A stretch of DNA of 63,086 nucleotides from Candidatus Hydrogenedens sp. (GTDB lineage: Bacteria; Hydrogenedentota; Hydrogenedentia; Hydrogenedentales; Hydrogenedentaceae): positions 1 to 63,086 of the forward strand of contig JBMFRC010000016.1 in assembly GCA_049968235.1 (NCBI GenBank). The letters are read 5' to 3'. Of this stretch, positions 28,262-38,615 are shown in pieces. The translations under genes and the position numbers were made by a program. The notes below the pieces were generated by a model, which was not told the DNA's origin, did not search any database, and worked only from the letters and a program-made list of their open reading frames with translations. Numbering within the stretch: the first letter of the stretch is position 1; every line of letters begins with the position of its first letter.

Positions 28262-30520
28262 TTATTTTAGTAAAGAATAGTCAATATCTTTTTTTAAATG
28301 TTCTGTTGGGATTTGTAAATCTTCCGCTCTATGAAAAGCCTTTTCCACCGCATTTTTATCGCAGGTAATTGCAGAAGGGTGATAAATAAAGTGCCAGCCA
28401 ATGGGTAAAACAGGCTGGAGATGAAATAGCAAGGACCAGCACCAATTAGCAGTTGTAACATTGGATAATCTATCGCAGGTTTGTCCCCAGAACCACCAGA
28501 ATAATGGTTCTTTGTTACATTCTTTAATCAATTGTGCGAAATAGGAGAATGCTCCTTCGTAATCCTGTTCTGCAAAACATTTTACGCCATTCCAGAAAAG
28601 GACCGATAGGTCTTCTTGTGATGTGGCATAATATAGTAATATGCATTCTTTCTCAAAATTTACTTTTGTTGAAAACCCTTCATAAAATTGAACTATCTGA
28701 TTTGGGTTCTGTTCCCATGCGTGCTTTAATAAGTACTCTGCTTGGTTATATTTTTTTAATCGTGCCAACTCCATAGCACACCGAACAAAATGGAAACCTG
28801 TGCGGTCATGATCATAGCGGTGTCTCTTATAAAATATACCTGATGCAAGGCTTGCTTCACTAAATAATTTTCTCGTTAATTTTTTTATGTCTAAATTTAT
28901 TGTGAATATGTTTTCACATTTCAATTTTTGTAAAGAGGAAATTTGATATAGATATATTTTCTGTTCGCCGGGTAAGGTATAAACAAAGAAGTAAAATCCA
29001 TATTGTTTCAATACCGAAGGAAATGTATTTAAGCCTGTTCCATATACATCCGGGATAACAATCCATATCTTCGTTTTTTCTATCTGGTTTGTACCTAAAC
29101 TATTAAAATAAACCTGTGTTAGATTTGCCAATCCCTCCTCAGTATATGCATCTGTTACAGGCAAGGAAATATCTTCATTATTGAGCCTAAAAATGGGCAT
29201 CCAGAAGGGGTCGCGAATTATTACCAAGTCGTGCATCCCTTGATTTTGGGAAATAATTCTCCCTACTCCTTTCCAGTCCATTCGCCATGAACTTTGCGAC
29301 ATAATTCCTATTGGATAAAGAAGCACAACTATAAGAAGGACAATAGCAAACCATTTAATCCATTTTCTTGATTGTGAAAGGAAATAGGCAATCCCAATGA
29401 AATGTAATGGAATGAGAAAGACAATATACCTCGTTGTAAAAACAGGTGGTCCAAGTCGTGCAAGGCAGAACAGTAAAAAAGGAGGGATAGTAAATAAGAC
29501 AAGGAAGAAAAAAGAAATGTGAAATGTATTATCTCTTCGTATCCACCTACGAATAGTTTCATATACCAAACCCAACAAACCTAACAAAGAAAAAAGAACA
29601 AGAGCCAACTCAAAACCTTTTTGAGAGTAATGTAAAATAGACCCAATAATGGAGGACGAATACTGCCACGGATGTGATATACCTATCGGGCAAATTCCCC
29701 CTTTCCCAACAATATTAAGAACAAAAGGAAATGATAATAACTCCCAGAATGAAGGTTTAAGATAATATCGGTGTAATTCACCGGGTTGAGGTGGAATGGT
29801 TAAAATCCAACTGAACCATGGGATTAAAAATATGGAATGTATAATAATTAGAGCAATCGATTTTCTTATATATCTTTTTCCCTTATATGGCACAGCAATT
29901 AAAAGTAAGAACTCTGTAGCCCATATAATTACCCCGATATGGTGTGTCCATAACAACATTTGATTGACAAGTATCCAGAATATAAGGGTTCGATTATTGG
30001 ACATGTTATCCATCACCTTCATGAACAAGAAAAACGAACCCCAGACCAGAAAAAGGTATGCTATATACATCCGTGCTTCCTGTCCAATAAAGATAAGAGC
30101 AGGGGAGAGAGTTATCCCTATGCAGACGAGAGTTTTCGTACCGGCAGGTAACTTACCTTGCCGTTCCAGTTTGTTTGTAATAACCCAGAACATAAGATAG
30201 AAACCTATCCAGATACAGATACTTAACAAACGAATAGAAACAATCCCTGTTCCTGAGTATCTTCCCCAGAGGTATTGACATAAAGGAAACAAAATGCCAC
30301 CGTAAGGATATGTATTCCTTTGTTCTTTTATGAAATGAAATACGGAATGGAGATTTAGATTGGCTATGCATGCATATTCTTCCAGCGAAATGGACTCTTG
30401 AGAAATTCTATATAGACGGAGTAATATCCCGACAATTAGAAAAAAAAGAAAGAAAAAAACGTCATAGTTGATGTTTTGTTTTGAATTTAACAGTATTTTG
30501 TTCTTACTTAGAAGAATCAT
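28262..30520 (-). CDS. GT-C fold membrane glycosyltransferase (ArnT/PMT-like, GT39/GT83-type) with a C-terminal soluble TPR-like domain
   Basis: 752 aa. Transmembrane helix 1 is followed by the acidic loop motif SLEEYACI, at the position of the DE/DExxY motif of ArnT/PMT enzymes. About 11 transmembrane helices precede a 350-aa soluble domain. Confidence 0.55.
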   Translation of the reverse strand: MILLSKNKILLNSKQNINYDVFFFLFFLIVGILLRLYRISQESISLEEYACIANLNLHSVFHFIKEQRNTYPYGGILFPLCQYLWGRYSGTGIVSIRLLSICIWIGFYLMFWVITNKLERQGKLPAGTKTLVCIGITLSPALIFIGQEARMYIAYLFLVWGSFFLFMKVMDNMSNNRTLIFWILVNQMLLWTHHIGVIIWATEFLLLIAVPYKGKRYIRKSIALIIIHSIFLIPWFSWILTIPPQPGELHRYYLKPSFWELLSFPFVLNIVGKGGICPIGISHPWQYSSSIIGSILHYSQKGFELALVLFSLLGLLGLVYETIRRWIRRDNTFHISFFFLVLFTIPPFLLFCLARLGPPVFTTRYIVFLIPLHFIGIAYFLSQSRKWIKWFAIVLLIVVLLYPIGIMSQSSWRMDWKGVGRIISQNQGMHDLVIIRDPFWMPIFRLNNEDISLPVTDAYTEEGLANLTQVYFNSLGTNQIEKTKIWIVIPDVYGTGLNTFPSVLKQYGFYFFVYTLPGEQKIYLYQISSLQKLKCENIFTINLDIKKLTRKLFSEASLASGIFYKRHRYDHDRTGFHFVRCAMELARLKKYNQAEYLLKHAWEQNPNQIVQFYEGFSTKVNFEKECILLYYATSQEDLSVLFWNGVKCFAEQDYEGAFSYFAQLIKECNKEPLFWWFWGQTCDRLSNVTTANWCWSLLFHLQPVLPIGWHFIYHPSAITCDKNAVEKAFHRAEDLQIPTEHLKKDIDYSLLK

Positions 30521-32675
30521 ACAATTTGTATCGCTCTATATTTTCTCGAACATTTCTGAAATCCCATGCATATCTCCAATGCTTGTTATAACCTTTGATA
30601 GAATTATCCTGGGGTACAGCCAGAGTTATTAAAAAAGGTTCCATAGATGGGTTCTCTGCCCGATAAAGCCCACAAAATGAAGTTTCATATCCCTTCGGTA
30701 TCTCAATCCCTTTCCACGCCCCACGAACCCATATAATAGGTTCCTGATTATTAAAGACAATCTCATTTCTTGGTTTGATAGTAGATGCAGAGTAAACTAA
30801 GAAATAGATACTTATCCGATGAGGTATGTTTCCCTTAATATACCAATGGAGGAGTGGGTTTAAGGGTTCTGAAAAATCTACTGCGTAATATGTATTATCA
30901 TATCTGGAATAAATAGAAAAGTCTTTTGCTAATTCAAAATCAGCACGTAGAAACTCAAAAGGGGTTTCCATAATAGGCAGTTCGGATACTTTTTCGAAAC
31001 GGGGTAAGGTTTTTGAAGGTTGGAATAAGATGCTCGTTCCAGTATCAATTTGATTGAGATTTACCTTCTCCCAATTCAATTCGCGATAGGAGGTGATAAG
31101 TTTTAATAACTGATGTTTCTGCCATAAAATTAAAGTTGCATATAGTAATGAACAGGAACAGACTACAATTATCAGAACAATAACACCGTTACGCAGTCCG
31201 ATTAAAATACTTTTTCCGGACAATTCTTTTCGATACATACCGTAAAGGGTTGTAAATAATTCATACATAAACAGAATGACAATTCCGTATAAAATAGGGG
31301 TCAGGTGAACTACATGCCGATATTCAAACAAGATGGAGGGATAACCTAATAGATAACCTAAAACTCCGGAGATTAGTATCCCTTTCCAGATATTTTTCAC
31401 ACTCACAATAAAAATTAATCCCAATAATATCCACGGTCCGATATAAGCAAGAGGAATATCCCAATAATAAAAATGGTCAGTGAAAAAAAAGGACCAGGAT
31501 GGTCGGTTAAATTCCGGATGGTTTTGCTTTTGTTCCCTTGTAAAGTTATAAAGTGTCGAGAAACAATTACTACAAGCGGATAGGATGCGACCCCATAAGT
31601 CCGCAGGAAAATGCCATGCAACAGACCTGAAATAAGCCCTACCTGCAGTCCCGTATGCTGGTGATAAATAGTTATCAAAGGGTTCTTCAAAACCTGTTCG
31701 TCGTGCAAAGGACGCAATTGTTGAATGGACAAGCATATCATTGGGTTCATAAACAAGCCGATAGGAAGAATTACCACCCATTAAGGTTTGTTCGATGGTG
31801 CTTGCAAGACCCTGCACCAATGAATGGCTGGATACCGCCCCTTTATCCTCAGCAATTGCTAACAATATAGGATAGCCTGATGCAAGAAAAGATAGCAGAT
31901 AAAGAACGATACAACCTATACTCGCATGAATTTTCTTATAATATAAAAATTTAGCACCAATGATACCTATAAACACCAGCCCTAAAAAGAATAAAATAAG
32001 TACATCCTGGCGAAATCCCAATCCAATGCCTATTACGAAACCTAATACAGATGAAACAATTGTAGTTCTCCATACATACTTATCCGAAAAATAGAACATG
32101 CTTGCTGAAATTGCAAGGAATAGCATAAAAAAAGTAGTTTTTGAATAATCTCGGATAGATGGCAGGAGAAAAAGAAGAGAGGGGGAATTCATGACCAGGC
32201 AAGTTGTTATAAAAGCAGGTACGCTCCCTCCAAATATATACAAAGTAATGTAAACCGCTATTACACTAAGAACGAAAACTATCCCGGCATATATTTTTAA
32301 TACATCCCAGTTTATTCCAAACCATTGCCATAATATACCTATTGTATATATTAGATAGCGATGTGTCCTTACAAAACGGCTGTTATCCCATGTGCCCCAA
32401 TCTTTGGGTAGGTCAGAAAATTGCAGAGAATTTGTTTTCTGTTCCAGAAACAATCGAATGTTTTTTGGATAAGGTGCTTTAGGTGTCGTGAATCCCTGTC
32501 CACAAGCGATAGATATGGCATTTACCAGCCATTCCTGTTCGAACCGATAGTCCCGTCCAATCATTTTGACACGGATTGTTAAATGTTCATAAACAATCCA
32601 TGAAGAGAAAACAACAATGAGTAAAAAAAGGATTAAATCAATAATAATTCTCTTCATTGTATCGTTTTTGTTCAC
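30504..32675 (-). CDS. Polytopic membrane protein, GT-C-like, of unknown specificity
   Basis: 723 aa with more than 12 hydrophobic helices and a C-terminal soluble domain. It overlaps both neighbours (17 nt and 4 nt), indicating translational coupling. Confidence 0.5.
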   Translation of the reverse strand: MNKNDTMKRIIIDLILFLLIVVFSSWIVYEHLTIRVKMIGRDYRFEQEWLVNAISIACGQGFTTPKAPYPKNIRLFLEQKTNSLQFSDLPKDWGTWDNSRFVRTHRYLIYTIGILWQWFGINWDVLKIYAGIVFVLSVIAVYITLYIFGGSVPAFITTCLVMNSPSLLFLLPSIRDYSKTTFFMLFLAISASMFYFSDKYVWRTTIVSSVLGFVIGIGLGFRQDVLILFFLGLVFIGIIGAKFLYYKKIHASIGCIVLYLLSFLASGYPILLAIAEDKGAVSSHSLVQGLASTIEQTLMGGNSSYRLVYEPNDMLVHSTIASFARRTGFEEPFDNYLSPAYGTAGRAYFRSVAWHFPADLWGRILSACSNCFSTLYNFTREQKQNHPEFNRPSWSFFFTDHFYYWDIPLAYIGPWILLGLIFIVSVKNIWKGILISGVLGYLLGYPSILFEYRHVVHLTPILYGIVILFMYELFTTLYGMYRKELSGKSILIGLRNGVIVLIIVVCSCSLLYATLILWQKHQLLKLITSYRELNWEKVNLNQIDTGTSILFQPSKTLPRFEKVSELPIMETPFEFLRADFELAKDFSIYSRYDNTYYAVDFSEPLNPLLHWYIKGNIPHRISIYFLVYSASTIKPRNEIVFNNQEPIIWVRGAWKGIEIPKGYETSFCGLYRAENPSMEPFLITLAVPQDNSIKGYNKHWRYAWDFRNVRENIERYKLYDSSK

Positions 32676-34249
32676 TTATTATCCGGGTTATCACGGGTGT
32701 TATTGTTATTGTATTTTAACATAATGTTCAAACTATCCTGTGCCAGTCCGTCATCCGGGTAATATCGTAAACACTCCTGATACATCTCAATACTTTTTTT
32801 AATCTCTCCTCTGTTGGCAAATACATTCCCTGACAACCGCATAGCAATTCGGGAATAGGGGTGTTTTTTTAGAAATTCCTGAGCCACTTCATTGGCTTGA
32901 GCAATGTTTTTTGTTTTTAATAACCAATCAATCAATTGCATATTAATCTTTTCATCATTTTGATTAAGTTTATATGCATACATATATCCTTCAACTATCT
33001 TTTCTTCTATTTTATCTCCGAGTTCTTCCGTTAATTGTTTTTCTTTTTCAGAAATAATTTCTTGGGAGATGGGGTCAATAATCACTGCCTTCTGCATCTG
33101 TAACTGTAACAATTCTGTCGCATGATTCCATCCTAAATAATGAGAACAATCTTCCATACTTATCAAAGGAATATCTCCTTTTTCCGTTATAATATTGCGT
33201 TTTTTCAGAATAGTTGAAATTGCCTTAAACCACTCGCACGCGAGCAGATAATTCCCCTCAAATGTGAAGTGAATATTATCACAGAAATACTCATAACCTG
33301 GAATACCCTGCGGACTCTTCTTTGCAAGTATTCCATCCACATCGACCAGATGCACATTTTTTGAAAATATTTTGCATGTATCCACAATACATTTATTCAT
33401 TTCTGTCGGTTCAAAACGGATGGTATCCCATTCCTCTTTTTTTTTGCCAAATTTCCTGTTATAGGATAAAGTTCCTACAATTACATCTGCATGAGCATAC
33501 ATTCCTGCATAAATCATATCCCTTAGGTTATTTTTATATAGTTTTAGGGTTCTTTTCCCCTGTCCTTGTTTTGGAAGAAATGGGAATAAGTCCTTTGGTT
33601 TTTGTTCACGCCACTTTGTACTCTGACTTTGTTCAAATAATTGCACCATTCGAAGATGTTTTAAATAAGTATGTAACCGAATCATAGTATTCGTTCTTAA
33701 AAAAGGAACTGAATACAGTAAGGAATGTTCCCCATAAGGACCAATTGTTTCGTTATTCCCCATGTAAATGATAAAGAAATCCGGCGATAGTTTCGAGCAT
33801 GCCTTTGCCAGGAAATAAAGAACATGGGAATTGATACCCGGGCACGATACATTATATATTTCCCAATTTTTCTCGGGGATAGAGTACTTTAATATAACTT
33901 CTAACTGTCTTACCGAAGATTCCAGTCCATACATTGCAGATTCCCCAAAAACAAATATTCGAAGGGTATCTTTATTTTTTTGTTCTGGGACATAAAAATC
34001 AAGATGGTCCCAATTTACAAAATCGTGCAGTGGAATATTAAAAAATTGTTGATAAAAACTGCGATTAGGGACAGATAGGGTTAGTGTGCTGAAATGTTTT
34101 TGTATAAGAGGTTGTCGGTCTTCGCCCTTGTTTAAGAATCGTAAAGAACATTCAAATAAAAAAAGAATCAATAAAGGTAATAGCCATAGCACGAGTTGAA
34201 TAAAGAGGAATAGTACCTTTCTTCGGAACAGTTTTTGATGTGTCTTCAT
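32672..34249 (-). CDS. SGNH/GDSL-type hydrolase domain protein with an N-terminal transmembrane anchor and C-terminal TPR repeats
   Basis: N-terminal transmembrane segment. Block-I-like RIFVFGESAMYG. C-terminal TPR-like region (YQECLRYYPDDGLAQDSLNIML). Confidence 0.5.
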   Translation of the reverse strand: MKTHQKLFRRKVLFLFIQLVLWLLPLLILFLFECSLRFLNKGEDRQPLIQKHFSTLTLSVPNRSFYQQFFNIPLHDFVNWDHLDFYVPEQKNKDTLRIFVFGESAMYGLESSVRQLEVILKYSIPEKNWEIYNVSCPGINSHVLYFLAKACSKLSPDFFIIYMGNNETIGPYGEHSLLYSVPFLRTNTMIRLHTYLKHLRMVQLFEQSQSTKWREQKPKDLFPFLPKQGQGKRTLKLYKNNLRDMIYAGMYAHADVIVGTLSYNRKFGKKKEEWDTIRFEPTEMNKCIVDTCKIFSKNVHLVDVDGILAKKSPQGIPGYEYFCDNIHFTFEGNYLLACEWFKAISTILKKRNIITEKGDIPLISMEDCSHYLGWNHATELLQLQMQKAVIIDPISQEIISEKEKQLTEELGDKIEEKIVEGYMYAYKLNQNDEKINMQLIDWLLKTKNIAQANEVAQEFLKKHPYSRIAMRLSGNVFANRGEIKKSIEMYQECLRYYPDDGLAQDSLNIMLKYNNNNTRDNPDNK

Positions 34250-34291
34250 GAAACAGATATTTCCTGATACAATATAAAGTCAAAAATCTTA

Positions 34292-35296
34292 TTATATATC
34301 TCGCTTCCATTTTTCACGAACGATAAACGCAGGAATACGGTATAAAGCGAGGAAAGAACGCATCGCAAATTCACCGATAATAGAGAGTATTGCTACAATA
34401 ATCAGCAACGAAAAAACGATAACATTCAAAATTAGCCCGGGGGTAATCTCCTTCATAATGCTATAATCCAGGAAGAAGGCAGAAAGGATACGGAGAAAGA
34501 ACAAAAATCCGAAGATAACACATAATATCGCCATCCATTGGAACAAACGTGGAGACATGCGTACCAGATTGTCCATGTTGTATTGCCAGAGACGCCAGAA
34601 GGTATATCCAGATTTCCCATAAGGTCGTGGAAAATGTTGAACGGGCACCTCCACACATCGTCCCGCACGCGAAACCACATCCGCAGTACGGAAAATATTA
34701 AAAGGACCGTATTCAAAAGCACGAACAAGGTCTGCTCGATAAATTTTATAAGTACAGCCGAAATCGGTCAGCGGGATACCGGAAGATTTCCGCATAATCC
34801 AATTAGCAACCTTTGATGGAATGCGTCGGAGAATACTATCCTGTCGTTGTATGCGACACCCGCTTACAACATCAAAACCCTCATCATATTTCTCTATTAA
34901 CTTAGGGACATCTTCAGGTGCTAATTGTAAATCACTATCTATAAGTATAATTGCTTTACCGCGTGCATCCATAATACCTGCGGTAACGCCTGCCTGTTGT
35001 CCTGAATTGCGATATAAATTAATTACTGAAAAAACCCGTTCATCCTCCTTGTAAATTTCTTTTAATATTTCCCATGTTCTGTCGGTACTCCCATCATTTA
35101 CAAATATTATTTCATATGACCTTCCTGTTTTTTCTAAGGTATCTTTTAGACGGCGATGAAATTCACGGATACTTCGTTCTTCATAATAACAACTGATAAC
35201 TATAGAAAACTCTATATCTGAATGCTTTGTATCTATAGCCATCCCTTTATACCTCATTCCCTGATATAGATAGTTCATTTCTCTTGGCAATGGCAA
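34292..35296 (-). CDS. GT2 polyprenyl-phosphate sugar synthase (ArnC/DPM1/GtrB-like)
   Basis: FSIVISCYYEE...EIIFVNDGSTDRT (GT-A DxD region) plus two C-terminal transmembrane helices. The real start may be the internal Met near 35245, which would abut the upstream stop. Confidence 0.8.
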   Translation of the reverse strand: MPLPREMNYLYQGMRYKGMAIDTKHSDIEFSIVISCYYEERSIREFHRRLKDTLEKTGRSYEIIFVNDGSTDRTWEILKEIYKEDERVFSVINLYRNSGQQAGVTAGIMDARGKAIILIDSDLQLAPEDVPKLIEKYDEGFDVVSGCRIQRQDSILRRIPSKVANWIMRKSSGIPLTDFGCTYKIYRADLVRAFEYGPFNIFRTADVVSRAGRCVEVPVQHFPRPYGKSGYTFWRLWQYNMDNLVRMSPRLFQWMAILCVIFGFLFFLRILSAFFLDYSIMKEITPGLILNVIVFSLLIIVAILSIIGEFAMRSFLALYRIPAFIVREKWKRDI

Positions 35297-36029
35297 AAAT
35301 AGACCCGCACATGTCTGGATATTCCAAACCTAAACGATATAATCCATCAATTTGAGATGGTCCCAAAATGCCGGAACGATATAATTGGTCTAATTGGAAA
35401 TCTGCCAATATTTTTAGAAAGATACCCCCTTGATGAATTATTTTAAATCCTTCATGTTCCAGGTCACGGTTTAACCGAACACGGTCGTACATCCTTCGAT
35501 GCCCGTGCTGAATGTCATGTGGTGTAAAATCGTCCAATTCTTCTAATATACGCATATGTCGGGCTAATTGACGGGACAAAGCACGTGAATTAGGAACCAC
35601 GACATAAAGAATGCCATCGGGTAATAGCAATCTTCGAACTCTATTTAACAAAACGGAAATATCCAGGACATGCTCCAATACATATATAGCAAAGATAACA
35701 TCATATTGTCTACCTGTCTTTTCAAGGGTTAATTCTTCGAAAAGAGAGGAAATAAAGCGGACATTGGGAAGATTCTTCTTTTTCCCTTCCCAGATAAAAG
35801 ATGCATTTCCCTCTGCCACATCTAACTCGAACAGCAAAGGAGCTAGCATCTCTGTATCAACACCTTCCGCATATCCTAGTTGAAGTCCTACCATCTTCTG
35901 ATGCAGATAGGGTTGAATGGTCCGCACAATAAGTTCCCGTATAACACGGTCTTGCATGGACCCTTTTGTATATGTCTTTCCTACATGTTCAATAAATTCA
36001 TGTTCATCCATACCATAAACTCCAATCAA
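35247..36029 (-). CDS. Class I SAM-dependent methyltransferase
   Basis: Methyltransferase motif-I region (VGLQLGYAEG) and a post-I acidic region (DVIFAIYVLEHV). Confidence 0.7.
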   Translation of the reverse strand: MIGVYGMDEHEFIEHVGKTYTKGSMQDRVIRELIVRTIQPYLHQKMVGLQLGYAEGVDTEMLAPLLFELDVAEGNASFIWEGKKKNLPNVRFISSLFEELTLEKTGRQYDVIFAIYVLEHVLDISVLLNRVRRLLLPDGILYVVVPNSRALSRQLARHMRILEELDDFTPHDIQHGHRRMYDRVRLNRDLEHEGFKIIHQGGIFLKILADFQLDQLYRSGILGPSQIDGLYRLGLEYPDMCGSIFAIAKRNELSISGNEV

Positions 36030-37362
36030 TCAAACTTTCTATCATATCTACGCTGAACACAGGTATTTTTAATGTCTCATACACTTCCTTGCGTTCCTGA
36101 TAGGAGTCGTCAATGAATATAGGTTTCTTCGATTGAATATAGGACGATTTTTTTTCTCCTTCGTGCAATTCAATAAATGTATTTATTAGTTTATCCAATC
36201 CCAATGAATGTAATGAAATTTCATATTCCCCTTTATGTCGTGTAAGCACAGTTACAGGAATGCCGGCTCCCTTACATTGTATCAGAAATAAAACTACAGG
36301 ATAGTTTAACTTTCCATGAATAACCAGACAATCATCATAATCAATATAAACATGGTCAAAAAAATAGGGTTTCTTTGTATGGGATTGCAATAATGGAGAA
36401 ATGAAAGCTTTGGGAAAATAATTAAATAAACATCTCTGCATTTCCTGTGGGAAAGGCTGTTCCGTAATCTCCACAGGTATACGCAGGGCATCGTAAACAG
36501 TTAGTAACGGTAAATTAACCCCACGATTGCGAAAAAGACCCATTCCTCCACTAACCCGTGGGGCAATTTCAAGGAGAACCAACTCACCATTAGCCCTCTC
36601 TTTCATCTGAAAAAACCAGGCACCTCGAAGTTTTAGATGCTTATTAATTACCTCTGCAAAGCGTATAAATCTATAGCGATTGGTTACCTGCGTATCAACA
36701 CTAATTCCATGAGATATGCGAATACGCTCCCGTGCCCCTGAAAAGATTAATTCCCCTACATAGTTTGTAAAACAATCAATGGTATATTCCTTCCCGGGTA
36801 GATATTCTAAAATGAGTAAATTTTTTTTATTTTCCAGTATTCCTTCCAGTTCCTTCTGGCTTTCTACACGAAAAACCCCTTTTGACCCTTCACCTATCTT
36901 TGGTTTTAAAAATACAGGAAAATAAGGGATTTGATGGGGCTGTTTAAATACTTTCGGAATAGATAATATCCCATCGAAATATTTATAAGTTTTCTCTTTA
37001 TCCCGACAAATCCGACAGGTCTTCACCGGGGAGATTAAAACTTTGCAAGGTAAATCGTGCTGATGCTCCGCCAAATATAATCCTGCTGTATCATGAGCGG
37101 GGAAAATAAAATCAATTTTTAATTTTTCCAATAGCGAACAGAATCTTTTTAGGAAGGACCTTTCGTTTACAAAGGGTAGTCCGGTGTAGTAATGTTTGAA
37201 CAGCATACCCCCCGGATCATTTTCGAGGCTGGTGGCACCAAATAATTCTATATGCTGAGAATAGGACAAAGAACGAAATATTTCAAGTCCTATTTCTGTC
37301 CCTCCCGGAAAAATCATTACACGGACAGGCTTTTTTAATTTTGAAGTGTCCCTTCTTTTCAT
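36004..37362 (-). CDS. ATP-grasp ligase domain fused to a C-terminal HAD-like phosphatase domain
   Basis: N-terminal pre-ATP-grasp and ATP-grasp pattern (VRVMIFPGGTEIGLEIFRSL...KPKIGEGSKGV...LILEYLPGKEYTIDCF). The C-terminal ~110 aa carry HAD-like motifs (YIDYDDCLV...IFIDDS). Confidence 0.6.
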   Translation of the reverse strand: MKRRDTSKLKKPVRVMIFPGGTEIGLEIFRSLSYSQHIELFGATSLENDPGGMLFKHYYTGLPFVNERSFLKRFCSLLEKLKIDFIFPAHDTAGLYLAEHQHDLPCKVLISPVKTCRICRDKEKTYKYFDGILSIPKVFKQPHQIPYFPVFLKPKIGEGSKGVFRVESQKELEGILENKKNLLILEYLPGKEYTIDCFTNYVGELIFSGARERIRISHGISVDTQVTNRYRFIRFAEVINKHLKLRGAWFFQMKERANGELVLLEIAPRVSGGMGLFRNRGVNLPLLTVYDALRIPVEITEQPFPQEMQRCLFNYFPKAFISPLLQSHTKKPYFFDHVYIDYDDCLVIHGKLNYPVVLFLIQCKGAGIPVTVLTRHKGEYEISLHSLGLDKLINTFIELHEGEKKSSYIQSKKPIFIDDSYQERKEVYETLKIPVFSVDMIESLIDWSLWYG

Positions 37363-38522
37363 GTCTCAGCCCATTCAGGAAAAATTTTTATCATCTCACA
37401 AATTTTTATAACATATTCATGGGGTAAATTCCCATACATAGGCAAACATAAAACTCGTTCTGCTGTTTCATCTGCGTTAGGTGTCGGTATTTGAGGAATA
37501 TCGACTCTTTTTGCATAATAGGAGATGCGATTGCATAAGGGGTAAAAATATTTTCGCACAATCACATTACATTGGCGAAGTCTATTGAACAATTCATCCC
37601 GTGAAATACCATACTTCATTTTATCTACCTCAATAGGGAAGTAAGCATAATTCCAATCACAGTCTTTGGGTTCTGTAACCGTTCGAATCCCGGGGCAAGC
37701 ACTTAACTTTTCACAATATAATTTGTATAAATCTTTCCTTTTCCTTATTTCTTCTGCTACTTTTGGCAATGATGCAAGACCAAAAGCAGATGAAAGTTCG
37801 TTCATTTTTCCATTAATTCCAACGCCGACGACAGTTTCTTCATCAGCAATTCCGAAATTTTTCATTAAATATGCCATTCGTGCCTGTTCCGGTTTATGAC
37901 AGATCAAAGCTCCACCTTCTGCTGTTGTAAATAGTTTAGTTGCATGAAAACTCAACACGGATAAGTCCCCGTAATCACATAAAGAACGTCCTCGATACCA
38001 ACATCCAAAGGTATGTGCGGAATCGTATATTATCGGTATAGAATATTTTCTTGATAATTTAGAGAAAGCGTCAACATCGCAAGGTATTCCATAAACATGC
38101 ACCGGTAAAATGGCTTTTGTGTTCGGAGTTATATATCTCTCTACCATTTGTGGGTCCAAATTATATCCACCCGACTGAATATCGCAAAACACAGGTTTCA
38201 ATCCGTTCCAACAAATAATATGAGGTGTAGCCGGGAAAGTAAAGGGAGTTGTGATAACCTCTCCTTCTTTTATATCCAGTATCTTTAATGCTATCAGTAG
38301 GGCTATAGTCCCGTTGCAAAATAGAACCAATTCCGATACATTTAGAAATTTTTTTAGTTCAGATGTAAACTGCTGATGCCAGTAGGCTTCATTTGTAAGC
38401 CAGAGCGTCTCCCAGATTTTTGAAAGAAAAGAACTATACTCTACCTCTGCAGGCATCATGGGTCGTGTTACATATACTGTTTCCGGAAATCGTTCTTGCT
38501 CGATATATTCATTTAATTCCAT
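37359..38522 (-). CDS. DegT/DnrJ/EryC1/StrS-family PLP-dependent sugar aminotransferase (ArnB-like)
   Basis: SFHATKLFTTAEGGALI contains the PLP-binding Lys. I prefer the start at MELNEY (38522). The ORF-track start at 38645 would overlap the divergent gene. Confidence 0.85.
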   Translation of the reverse strand: MELNEYIEQERFPETVYVTRPMMPAEVEYSSFLSKIWETLWLTNEAYWHQQFTSELKKFLNVSELVLFCNGTIALLIALKILDIKEGEVITTPFTFPATPHIICWNGLKPVFCDIQSGGYNLDPQMVERYITPNTKAILPVHVYGIPCDVDAFSKLSRKYSIPIIYDSAHTFGCWYRGRSLCDYGDLSVLSFHATKLFTTAEGGALICHKPEQARMAYLMKNFGIADEETVVGVGINGKMNELSSAFGLASLPKVAEEIRKRKDLYKLYCEKLSACPGIRTVTEPKDCDWNYAYFPIEVDKMKYGISRDELFNRLRQCNVIVRKYFYPLCNRISYYAKRVDIPQIPTPNADETAERVLCLPMYGNLPHEYVIKICEMIKIFPEWAET

Positions 38523-38615
38523 ATTTTCGATAACCTCATTTCGAAGATGACAACTAAAACCCGTTACAATAATACAATAAATTTTATTTAGTTTAACATA
38601 ATCGGTGTCATTATT

